From Antedon mediterranea (Eukaryota > Animalia > Echinodermata), in assembly GCF_964355755.1 (NCBI RefSeq), contig NC_092673.1:34717648-34781647 (forward strand): a stretch of DNA of 64,000 bases, given 5' to 3'. Below the pieces are notes generated by a model, which saw only the letters and a list, made by a program, of their open reading frames with translations, was not told the origin of the DNA and did not search any database. The translations under genes and the position numbers were made by a program. Of the stretch, positions 24,732-36,285 are shown piece after piece; position 1 is the stretch's first letter; every line of letters begins with the position of its first letter.

Positions 24732-27229
24732 ATGGATGATGATAATGATAAAAAGTAAGTTGTATTTATGTCTCAGATTTGATGTCTGGTTGCCCAGACC
24801 TTAGGATAGAAACTAGGCTAGCCGCTACTTTTGACGTGTGTGCGAGAATATCATCAGTACTTACACAGTACACTGCTACAACAACATTATAGTATTATAA
24901 TTATAATATATTTATATTATAGGCCTATATATAGTATATAGGCTATTTCACTGCAGTTGAGTGCAGTTTCTTTACAAAAACCAAATACAATATAGCCTAG
25001 ATTACTGTAGGCCTAGGCTAGGCGTGTCCGTCCTAAAACTAAGCCCTACCAACGTGATTAATCCATGCCAAATATTGAAATAAAGCTCATACATTTTTAT
25101 ACCATATTTTTTAAACTTTTTAAATTATATTTATGACTTTTTTAATTTTTTTATTTTTTTTTTATATTTTCAGAACATTTCTCATTGACATAAACATAAA
25201 ATACCAGTTTACAGGAACAGAGGGTGATATTGTTGAGAGACTAAAGAATGGTATATATAAATTATTTACTTTTTTCAATACTTTAACAAAATGTTTATCC
25301 ACACAATTGTTTATCATTACTATATTTTCTATTTTTCATTTAGATAAAGAATCAATGAAGAATTCCTGTAATTCTTTGCTTAACACCGGATCAATTAACA
25401 ATGGTAAGCTTTGTAATTGTTTAGACAGACTGCATATACATGATTCATGCTATGAAAGCCCTCTTCTTGCAGAGATGACAAAAAACATGGTGACCAGCGA
25501 AGCTGTAGCAATGTTTTCAAAGGGTTCCTAGACACCATGTTAATTTTTAAAAGGGTCGTATAAGAAAAAAAATTACTGTAAAATGTTAAAAGATTGCCCT
25601 ACATCACTGAAGGAAATTGAAATGTTTTTTGATTGTCTAAAATCTATCGAAAAAACACCACACAGTAAAAGCATAGGCGATTCTTTTTAGGATTTTTAAA
25701 TTTACATGGTGTCCGGGAATCTGCAAAATGTCTTCTGTAGCACGAAAATGATCTATTTAATTGATATCTTACTAGCGCTCCTCTCTGGTTTGTGATAATA
25801 AACAAAACAATGCATTTTGTTATGCCCATTAGATACTTCATTTGATATATCTGTCACTGCTGTCCACATCTCCAATGCTGTAACTAAGCAAATGTGTACC
25901 GTCAAAGCTGATCAACCAATCAGTGAAGCTCTTGAAGTACTTGCCACAGCAACAGAATTAAGACAGACAATGGGATCAGGTTGGTAATTCTTTCGTGGTG
26001 AGGGTGATCAGTGAGGTAAAGGAGAATGATGACAATAATGATGACTATCATTTGTAGTAATAGGGAGGTTTTACAACGCTACGAAAACGGACACATCACG
26101 CACACATTCGGCGTTTTCATAAGCCAGTAAAAATCTGTTTCTTATGGCAAAGAAATATTGAGGGCGCTATCCGAAATATGCCTGTGGAGGTACGTGTTGC
26201 TTGGCTGCCTAGGCCTAGCGTAACATCAAAGCGGTTGTTTATTTGAATAAATACGGTATATGAATATAACTACTGTACTTACTTTTTATCTATCATACTT
26301 TTAATATTTTAGAACCAGCCCCTCAAGAAAACATGGCGCGTACTATTACTGAAGACAGACCAGAATCTGATATTGTTAAACAGAGCATGAATGCTATACT
26401 GCCCTCATGTGTTTCAATCATCAAACCTCAAACGGAACATCATATTAAATCTAAAAATAAAAAGGTTACGAACACTACAAGATGTAGGCCGCGACCCATA
26501 GCTATCAAACCTCAACCTCCTACTATTTACGGCCACACAGCCAGCACCTCGCAGCAGTTTGTTCCGTTAATTTTAAAACCAGTTAATAACCCTTTCACCA
26601 TAATTCCACAAACACAAGTAGTTCAAACAGACGATACTATGGCAATCAAGAAACCCATGTCGTGTAGCCAACCGATTTCACCACAAGCATCAGAGTTTGT
26701 TAATAATCAAAAATCTTTTGCATCTGATCTTCACACGTTTCGACCGGTTAAACCAAACGAACTGCTTCTAGACATATACGAAAGTCACTTACATATGTTT
26801 GCAGAGAGTGTCTACTCAAGGTCAAGTCTGTGGGACAAAGTTGCCACCAAAATGGTGGAACACGGTTACAAAGTTACAGGGTGCCAGTGTAACAATAGGT
26901 GGCGATATTTACTAGCTACATTTAATAAAGTTGCAGCTAGTGGTGAGGGTACACATTCTTTTAAGTATTTTAACCGTGTAGCTGAAATTCTTCATAAAAA
27001 AAGTACAATGCCTGGCGTGAAGTCGCAAGGAGTACTTGACGAGGCCATGCTTGAGGTGCTTGGTCATGCGGAACAGCCGGTTGTCAAGAAACGACGAAGG
27101 AGAAAGGAGGACGAGAAAGACGAATTAATAGCAACATTAAGTAAAAAGATGGAACAATTACAAGAAATGCAGAATGAGATGACTACCTTTTTATCAGAAT
27201 TTAAGAGTGGCGCTATTAAAAAGCAATAA
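24732..27229 (+). CDS. Myb/SANT-like DNA-binding domain protein (MSANTD/trihelix type) with basic NLS and C-terminal coiled coil
   Basis: Exons 24732-24754, 25174-25250, 25344-25403, 25833-25979, 26313-27229, all phase-compatible. Motif 'LWDKVATKMVEHGYKVTGCQCNNRWRYLLATF...FKYFNRVAEIL'; NLS 'KKRRRRK'. Confidence 0.85.
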
Positions 27230-27294
27230 ACAAATATATATAAAGATTAAATAATTAATTATCAATGATGATTAAAAATCAAGGTAGGTGTACT

Positions 27295-27314
27295 CATGGA
27301 GGTATACCTCCATG
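27295..27314. mobile_element. 20-bp palindromic insertion with 7-bp TSD (P-element-like footprint)
   Basis: GTGTACT|CATGGAGGTA TACCTCCATG|GTGTACT. Confidence 0.82.
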
Positions 27315-27715
27315 GTGTACTACAGTATTTTCTCAAATGTTAATACTGTATATAACCATCATCAATTCAATGAATTTTTTTTTTATTTTAAACTGTTTAA
27401 AAAAGAAAATTATGAAAAAAGTTAAAATATGTTACACAGATACATAGAATAAATTAGATAATTGAATTGTGAACATTGCATTCAATAAAAAACAAAGCAA
27501 TTTGTTTTGTTGCAACATATACAATTGTGTTTTTATATTTTGTTTAATATTTCTGTAAATGTATTAAAGTGAAACCTATTTGTCTAAACCAAAATCTTAC
27601 AAATAATAAATAAATTTGAAAAAAATATGTCAAGCCTAATCAACCATTAACTGTATACAGTACTGTAAATTTTTATATGAAAAGCACATTGAGGGCGCAT
27701 GTTTACTGTAATTTC

Positions 27716-27739
27716 CAGAGCCATATAATAATGGCTCTG
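27716..27739. mobile_element. 24-bp hairpin insertion with 8-bp TSD (P- or hAT-like footprint)
   Basis: GTAATTTC|CAGAGCCAT ataata ATGGCTCTG|GTAATTTC. Confidence 0.78.
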
Positions 27740-27921
27740 GTAATTTCGAAGAACCGCTGACCCCGCAGTGTTGTCTGGTTGTTTTTGACAATGGTAAACG
27801 CGTTTTTAATTATTATGATGCATTGTTAACGCGATTAGTCATCAAGTTGTGTTGTTGTGTGTCATCGCTGCTCTGGTTGTTTTCGGTGTGATTTTTCGTA
27901 AAAGGAACCGTTTTTTAAGCT

Positions 27922-30900
27922 ATGGGTCTTTTTGGAAAGACACCCCAGAAGGATCCAAAAGAACAAGTAAAATATTCATGCCGTAAATATTATCAAAGGT
28001 TATACATAGGTTTAGTTAGGCTAATGTTTATCCTAGGCCTAGGCTAGATAGGCATACTAGCAGGCCTCGTTTGGGGAAATATCGTCGTTTCCCTGACTGA
28101 CTTCCCTGCTCATCTTCGCCCTACTAGGCCTAGGCCTAGTACTACTAGGAGTACTCTACACTACTAGCTATGCCTAGGGTATGTAGTCATAGTCATTTGT
28201 AGTCTTGGACCACGTATGAGTTTTGTATTATTTTGTTTAATGTAATAGCGTAATATTTAATAATATAGCCTAGCTAGCCTATTTTATAATCATAATATAG
28301 GCCTAGGCCTAAATGCATTTTTATTTATTTATTAAATATTAATTAAATTAAGATATGAAGATGAATAGAAATGACTGGTGCCTAAAGTAAAACTAAAATT
28401 TTAAAATTATTTTTTATTTTGTGCTACAATTTACAAATTTCTTTAAAACGTTGTTAATGTTAAGTTAGGCCGGCTTGCATTATTTTCAGCTGATTGGTGG
28501 ACCTATTTTTATTCAATCTTCTTTTCATTTATTAAGGTGAGACAATGGTCGTCATCGTTACGAAAACAGCAGAGGGTCCTTGATAGGCAGATAATGGGTA
28601 TGTTATGGATCATTGCTGTCTGATCATTCCGGCTGCCATAAACCAACTTTTCTTACCAATTGTTTTTTTCTCACCATTGCCTAGAGAGGGATTTCTTTTG
28701 GAAAGTACTTACGGCGATCAAAATGAACAGTATGCACTGTCACGTTCTTGGCGATCCTTTACAGTGCCAACAGTGGCCACAACATTTTTTAAATGCAAAT
28801 ATATCTACATATACCCTCAAAACTTAACCCTAAAAAAATAAATAAATGATATTTTCCTCCAAACATTGTGCTAGTCCAACTATATAATTTAGATAATAAT
28901 AATGTTGAAGTTTACCAACATTTTATTTATATTTATTGATTGTGACTGTCACATGATAATAAAATCTAGTAAAATTAAAAATGTTTAAATATTTTTGTTA
29001 TGTTATATTTTAAGCAATAAAAAGAGAAGAAGAGAAGGTCAAACGATCATTAAAAGATGCTGCAAAGAAGGGACACAAAGATGTATGTACGGTTTTAGCT
29101 AAAGAAATAGTCGGCTCTAAGAAAGCAGTGACACGTTTACACACCTCAAAAGCACAACTGAATTCAGTCGACATGCAGATGAAAAATCAGCTAGGTGAGC
29201 TAAATTTGTAGATGTCGTAGACCCAGTCTTCATAGTGACGTTGGGATTATTCAATGTACTGATAGAAAGTACAGGGTGCTGTATCTTTAGTTATACTGTC
29301 AAAATTCTATTAGACTATACGTAACTTAGACTATACGTAACTTAGACTATACGTAACTTAGACTATACGTAACTTAGACTATACGTAACTTAGACTATAC
29401 GTAACTTAGACTATACGTAACTTAGACTATACGTAACTTACGCCCGTATTCTTAAACCGGACTTTAGTCGTAGTTCGAAGTTCGACTTGGAAAAGTCGTA
29501 GTTCGAACTATTACTTCAAATTCGATTCAAAAACGAAGTAGTCGAAGTTTGCAGTTCGACTTAATGAAGTCGAGCTTTTAGTCGAGTTGCACACGTCTGG
29601 GTAACAAAGGCTATACATTGGCCAATGACAAGAGAGTATTTGAGGAGCAGACGAAATTTTGCGCATTGATATCACTTTCCATTTCTTACAACACTTTTTA
29701 CGCATCAGGACTATATACATGAAAAATAATTTTAATCGTTAATTATTAGAACAATATCAGTATTAATTTAACAGTGAAGTATATTTGATTAACAACAAAT
29801 AAAATCTTAAAAATATATTTAGGAACCATGGCGGTACGGTAACTTTTATATTTTCTAGGACCCCAACAAAGTATGATCGCCACGAACCACGCACTTCATA
29901 GCGTGACAAGAAAGCGCTAGGCCCCCTAAACATTCCATCGCGTGGTGAATTGCCGCATCTCCCATTGTCGCTATGGCGTGACGTAGCTCAAGTCGGACTT
30001 GCGCGAAGAAAATAATGTAATTTGTATACAGTTGTAAATAAAGATGATTTTCATTATTATAATTTATACCAATGTATATTTAATTAAGCTAATATAAATA
30101 TAGATATTTCATTCTTCAATATCTGGCCAATATAACAACTCAATGACTGTTACGTTTTTTATAAACATCGTTTAAAAACCATTTAGTCGACCATTTAGTC
30201 TGCCCCCTCCAGGACTAAAAAAATCGATCAAAATCCGTCTCGATTTAGTCGAGGTTGGCCTGATTTAGTCGGTGATTTAGTTGAAGTTCGGTTTATGAAT
30301 TAAAATGACGTCATTTTTTTAGTTTTAGCTCGAACTACGACTAAAGTCCGGTTTAAGAATACGGGCGTTAGACTATACGTAACTTAGACTATACGTAACT
30401 TAGACTATACGTAACTTAGACTATACGTAACTTACGCCCGTATTCTTAAACCGGACTTTAGTCGTAGTTCGAAGTTCGACTTGGAAAAGTCGTAGTTCGA
30501 GCTATTACTTCAAATTCGATTAAAAAACGAAGTAGTCGAAGTTTGCAGTTCGACTTAATGAAGTCGAGCTTTTAGTCGAGTTGCACACGTCTGGGTAACA
30601 AAGGCTATACATTGGCCAATGACAAGAGAGTATTTGAGGAGCAGACGAAATTTTGCGCATTGATATCACTTTCCATTTCTTACAACACTTTTTACGCATC
30701 AGGACTATATACATGAAAAATAATTTTAATCGTTAATTATTAGAACAATATCAGTATTAATTTAACAGTGAAGTATATTTGATTAACAACAAATAAAATC
30801 TTAAAAATATATTTAGGAACCATGGCGGTACGGTAACTTTTATATTTTCTAGGACCCCAACAAAGTATGATCGCCACGAACCACGCACTTCATAGCGTGA

Positions 30901-33900
30901 CAAGAAAGCGCTAGGCCCCCTAAACATTCCATCGCGTGGTGAATTGCCGCATCTCCCATTGTCGCTATGGCGTGACGTAGCTCAAGTCGGACTTGCGCGA
31001 AGAAAATAATGTAATTTGTATACAGTTGTAAATAAAGATGATTTTCATTATTATAATTTATACCAATGTATATTTAATTAAGCTAATATAAATATAGATA
31101 TTTCATTCTTCAATATCTGGCCAATATAACAACTCAATGACTGTTACGTTTTTTATAAACATCGTTTAAAAACCATTTAGTCGACCATTTAGTCTGCCCC
31201 CTCCAGGACTAAAAAAATCGATCAAAATCCGTCTCGATTTAGTCGAGGTTGGCCTGATTTAGTCGGTGATTTAGTTGAAGTTCGGTTTATGAATTAAAAT
31301 GACGTCATTTTTTTAGTTTTAGCTCGAACTACGACTAAAGTCCGGTTTAAGAATACGGGCGTTAGACTATACGTAACTTAGACTATACGTAACTTAGACT
31401 ATACGTAACTTAGACTATACGTAACTTAGACTATACGTAACTTAGACTATACGTAACTTAGACTATACGTAACTTAGACTATACGTAACTTAGACTATAC
31501 GTAACTTAGACTATACGTAACTTAGACTATACGTAACTTAGACTATACGTAACTTAGACTATACGTAACTTAGACTATACGTAACTTAGACTATACGTAA
31601 CTTAGACTATACGTAACTTAGACTATACGTAACTTCAAGGCAAAGTTTATCTTAGTAAAATGTGATTTTGTTTTCTTTATACAATTTGGTCGTTAAGATG
31701 CTTGACTTCGGATATCCCTAGGTCATGCGTTCAAATGCTGTCTGGCTTTTTCTTAACAAAATTACAACTCACCACTCCCAAATTGTTTATTTTTAAATAG
31801 AATATCTTGTGTATATATTTGTGTGCCTGTTTCTCCAGGAGATGAATGTAGCAAAACAACCGAGAATCCAGACATTCTCAACCACACTTTATTTCCTTTT
31901 GGAATCATATGATGTACCACAAACCTACCTTTAATAGTGGAATCATATGATGTACCACAAACCTACCTTTAATAGTGGAATCATATATGATGTACCACAA
32001 ACCTACCTTTAATAGTGGAATCATATGATGTGCCACAAACCTACCTTTAATAGTGGAATCATATGATGTACCACAAACCTACCTTTAATAGTGGAATCAT
32101 ATGATGTACCACAAACCTACCTTTAATAGTGGAATCATATGATGTGCCACAAACCTACCTTTAATAGTGGAATCATATGATGTACCACAAACCTACCTTT
32201 AATAGTGGAATCATATGATGTACCACAAACCTACCTTTAATAGTGGAATCATATGATGTACCACAAACCTACCTTTAATAGTGGAATCATATGATGTACC
32301 ACAAACCTACCTTTAATAGTGGAATCATATGATGTACCACAAACCTACCTTTAATAGTGGAATCATATGATGTACCACAAACCTACCTTTAATAGTGGAA
32401 TCATATGATGTACCACAAACCTACCTTTAATAGTGTTAAACAATATTTCTCTTGTAAACAGAGAAAAGAAGGAACACCATCATAAAAAATACATACAAAG
32501 TGTTAACATAATTGACTGATATTACAAATAAAGCCATTTATAACAGATTTTCCAGGAAAGCCCAAAAAGAGCTTATTTCCATTGAGATCCTTTTATAATC
32601 TAAAATAAATATTACAAAGTAAAGACAGACCGACCGACATAGTGAACTATAGAGTCGCGTCCACCCACGCGACTAATTGTCTGTACATCAAAACAGTTAA
32701 AAAAGTACAGAAAAGCGATAAAACGCATAGTGATACCGGACTGACCGACAGACCGACCGACATAGTGAACTATAGAGTCGCGTCCACGCGACTAAAAAGG
32801 CTATGATTGACTAGTTATTTATTTAAAAACGTATTTACAGTATACAGGATGAAAAAAACATATCAGTTAAAGAATAATGAATACATTCACTAATAATTAA
32901 TTCCTTTACATCTTAATATATATATTTTGATTTTAAATAACACAGCGTTGTTTGTTTATTTACAGCTATGGTGCGGATGTCTGGTGCATTAGAGAAAAGT
33001 GCTGAAGTTATGAAATCTATGCAGTCACTTTGTAAAATAGGTGAAATCCAGGGTGTCATGACAGAGATGTCAAAAGAGATGATGAAGGTATAGTAATAAT
33101 GTTTTGCTTGTTCACACAGTAAATAAATCTGTGAGAAGAAAAGAAGAAGCTTTCCAAAAAAAATAAACATTTGGAGAAAAGTTTTACTTGTATTGAGGTG
33201 TGTTCGCACTGAGGCTGGATGGAGAAAACTTTTTTGTGGTCCACACACATACATTTTGTATGGAATTTTAAGTGACTTTGTGTGAACAAGGCAATCTAAC
33301 AACAGGAGAATGAGCTTTACAAGATCAAATGTTTACCTCTAGTTTCGAAACGATAAGTCTCCGCCGCCTAAATGCTCGACTCATTTTCAAAGTTGTTAGA
33401 TTGCCTGGGTGTGAACAGATCCATTCCTATTATCATTACACCCATTTTTCATGATATTTTAATTGGCCACCAGACCAGAATTTGGACTTGGTATGAACGT
33501 AGCTTTAATATAATTAAACATTGGAAGGAATTTGTCTTTATGTTTTGTGATTTTAGGCTGGAATTATTGAAGAGATGATAGAAGACACTTTTGAAAGTTT
33601 AGAAGATCAGGATGAACTGGAGGATGCTGCACAAGAGGAGGTCGACAAAGTTCTATTTGAAATTACAGCAGGTTAGTGAATGATTGATACAGATAGGTGA
33701 ATGAAAAGTAAAATGAATGAGAACAAAGAAAGAAATCAATGGATTATTGAATACGGTATAACCTACGGGGACACCTCATTCATAATCTTACTAGGAATGC
33801 CTTCTGAATAGAATCCCCTGGATAGGGTTGTCCTCTGAATAAGGTGTTCAAAAGAAGGAGTCGTACTGTTATCATAAAAAAAGTGTCCCCTTAATTACTA

Positions 33901-34157
33901 ATAGGGGAGTCCCTTGTATGTTTCCTGTAGTGTTAAAGAAAGAAGAGTGTTGTGATTTTAAAATCATCAAATTAAAATGCATGTAGTTTTTTTTATAAAT
34001 TTTGCTTTTTTCCACTTCAGGTAAATTAGGAGAAGCACCTGGAGCTGTAAACGATTCACTACCCGAGCCAGAGGGCGCTGTTGGAGGCGTTGAAAGCGAA
34101 GATGAAGCAGAAGATTTAGATGAAATGCAAGCAAGATTAGAAGCTTTACGGAGTTAG
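27922..34157 (+). CDS. CHMP3: Charged multivesicular body protein 3 (VPS24, ESCRT-III)
   Basis: Exons 27922-27966, 28537-28597, 29015-29194, 32966-33087, 33557-33671, 34021-34157. Protein MGLFGKTPQKDPKEQV...KSAEVMKSMQSL..EMSKEMMKAGIIEEMIEDTFESL..VDKVLFEITAGKLG..EMQARLEALRS*. Confidence 0.97.
29441..30367. mobile_element. 927-bp non-autonomous DNA transposon, 38-bp TIR, TTA TSD (PIF/Harbinger-like), copy 1
   Basis: TTA|CGCCCGTATTCTTAAACCGGACTTTAGTCGTAGTTCGA ... TCGAACTACGACTAAAGTCCGGTTTAAGAATACGGGCG|TTA. Confidence 0.92.
30435..31361. mobile_element. 927-bp non-autonomous DNA transposon, copy 2
   Basis: Near-identical to 29441-30367 (two substitutions seen); same TIR, TSD and orientation. 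Confidence 0.92.
31686..31750 (+). mobile_element. Possible degenerate tRNA-derived SINE head
   Basis: A-box-like tggtcgttaag and B-box-like gcgttcaaatgc at tRNA-like spacing; no intact cloverleaf. Confidence 0.3.
31901..32434. repeat. 38-bp minisatellite, 14 copies
   Basis: Unit ggaatcatatgatgtaccacaaacctacctttaatagt. Confidence 0.97.
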
Positions 34158-35871
34158 AATTATATCAATTCATAAATGCTTTTTTTCTTTATGCTGTTCC
34201 ATTTTCTATGTCAGAAATGGTTGCACCATAATGGACTACTCAATTTCTAAATTAATTTTTATTTTTTTGTACATCCGCTACTTTTAATCTGTGTCCTTCG
34301 TAACATTTCAAAAAAGAGTTACTGGAAGTGTTGCTCTAGAAACTTTATTAGTTGCTTGTCTAAATTGCATAAAGTAGAATTCCTCTTTAATATTTGTATG
34401 ATATTTAAACATAATGATGCCCCAAATGATAATGTCCCCTAAATAGGGTTTTCCTTGAATATTGGTGACCCAAAAGAGGGGTTCTAATGTAGGATGTTTC
34501 ACATTTTGGGGAGGTACACACAACTGGGTAAGAGACGAACCATTGAAAAGCTGTGGGCTAGTTAAAGGGGCATCATTGTAAGGTGTGTGTCCCTTTCAAT
34601 TAAGTCATGATATGCCCACTGTAAGCTATGATGTTTTAGCATTTTAAGTATATTTGGAGTATACTTAACTTACCACTAAATTATTTTTTGTTGGTAAATC
34701 TATTTTTGCTCAACACCATGCTGCCCCTTTTTTCTGCTTACTTTTTGTACTACAGAAATTGGGGTCTAGTAGTCCTAAAAAGGTTTTCGTTTACATACTT
34801 GTAATGTGAATGATTTTTTTCACATTTTTTTTTCTTTCCATAAACCAAAAAAAAAACACGGTTATGTGAATTCCCAATTGCAAATTAATATTTAGGTAAA
34901 GAAATGTTTTTCTTTTCTCCTTTTATTCACAAATATTTTTTTTTAAATATTCATAGTTACGAATGTTGTAACATTAATTGCTCGTAGTATAGTTCCCTAT
35001 ATTGTATATATAAAATAATTTTATAAATTTAAATATTTGACATAAGATTTCATATGGTAAGCAGATTATTATATTGAAATATAATGTTAAGGAAAACTCA
35101 TTAATTTAATATTAAATGATTTTATTATTATATCACTTAGTGAAATGTTTTATTGTATTTATTTACAGAAAAAATATTTAACTGAAATATTTCAATATTT
35201 ATATAGATTTTTATAAACTCATAATGGGAGTGTCAAATATGCAAACTATTTGTGGGCAGAAGTTCAAATTGTGTATTTACGTCAGTTAAACAATTAAAAC
35301 TTGGATCCCACTTGGAGACAACGTAAGGGAGTACGTGCAACGCAAGTGGGTTGACCAATCAAAAGCGACCGTTTGGATGATCCATCGATTATGATTGGTC
35401 AAATTACTTGTGATACGTTTGCGTCCTATTGTGAACCAAACTTGATCAGGTCAAAACATTGACGCGTGAATAAAGGAAAGAAAATACCTTGTTATTAAGT
35501 TGTATAACAGTGAAAAATATATTGTTTATTCTAGCATATCACTGGGCGTGTTGCAGTTTCTTTTCGTTTTATATTCGTATTAGAATTATTTTGGGCTTAT
35601 TATTCTGAACAGTTTTCACGCCTTAATTCATTTTTATTCAGTTAAAACTGTTCTGTTATATACGTTATTTTTGGTCTATATCATTTTTATTTAATAAATA
35701 TTTGCTAATTTATCAAATTGATCATAAAATAAAATTGTATAGTAGGTATAAGTTTCGTGGCGGATAAAGACGTTCTGTGTTACTTTATAGTACAGTACAT
35801 TGCGAGCGCATTTTGTGATACAGTATTGTACTTAACAACAAAATTGTATTTTCGTTTTGAAAGGGGTAGTT

Positions 35872-35945
35872 ACGCCTATATTATATTGCACGCCTATGTT
35901 ATATTGCACGCCTATATTATATTGCAGGCCTATATTATATTGCAC
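35872..35945. repeat. 18-bp tandem repeat, 4 copies
   Basis: Unit acgcctatattatattgc. Confidence 0.9.
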
Positions 35946-36285
35946 TCCCAATAGAAATATCTAGGAACTTTTAATTAGTAGGACTTGTAGGCCTATGGTC
36001 TTTCACTTTAAGTGGTAAAATGTTTTAGGTTGGATACGTCTAGGACTATATATTGCCAATTTTTAATTTAGTATTCAGGAATTGAAAATGGGATTGATAC
36101 TGTGCGTCATTTTGAGACACATTAAAGCTACATTCTTTCGACGCCCGTTTCGACGCCTCTTTCCGTTCCTTGATAATTTTCTATACTAACGTTGCAAAGG
36201 TGCAATGTATATTAAGTTTATAGGTATGGACATACAATTAAAAATGCGCGCTCAATTTATCCCCAAAAGGCGCGAAGATGCTTTT

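Larger units (their letters stand above)
29310..31633. repeat. 16-bp minisatellite (8+4+17 copies) interrupted by two MITE copies
   Basis: Unit ttagactatacgtaac, perfect copies. Confidence 0.97.

Noticed and set aside
24560-27700. GAGGGCGC-like words at ~24563, 26160 and 27691 as CTCF sites
   Set aside because: Only a partial match; the upstream CC..AG half of the CTCF consensus is missing.
29511-30714. Duplicated 64-69 aa ORFs inside the 927-bp elements
   Set aside because: Short, no transposase motifs; identity simply reflects the DNA duplication.
31686-31760. Intact tRNA gene
   Set aside because: Only degenerate A/B-box-like motifs; acceptor stem does not pair. Kept as a low-confidence SINE head.
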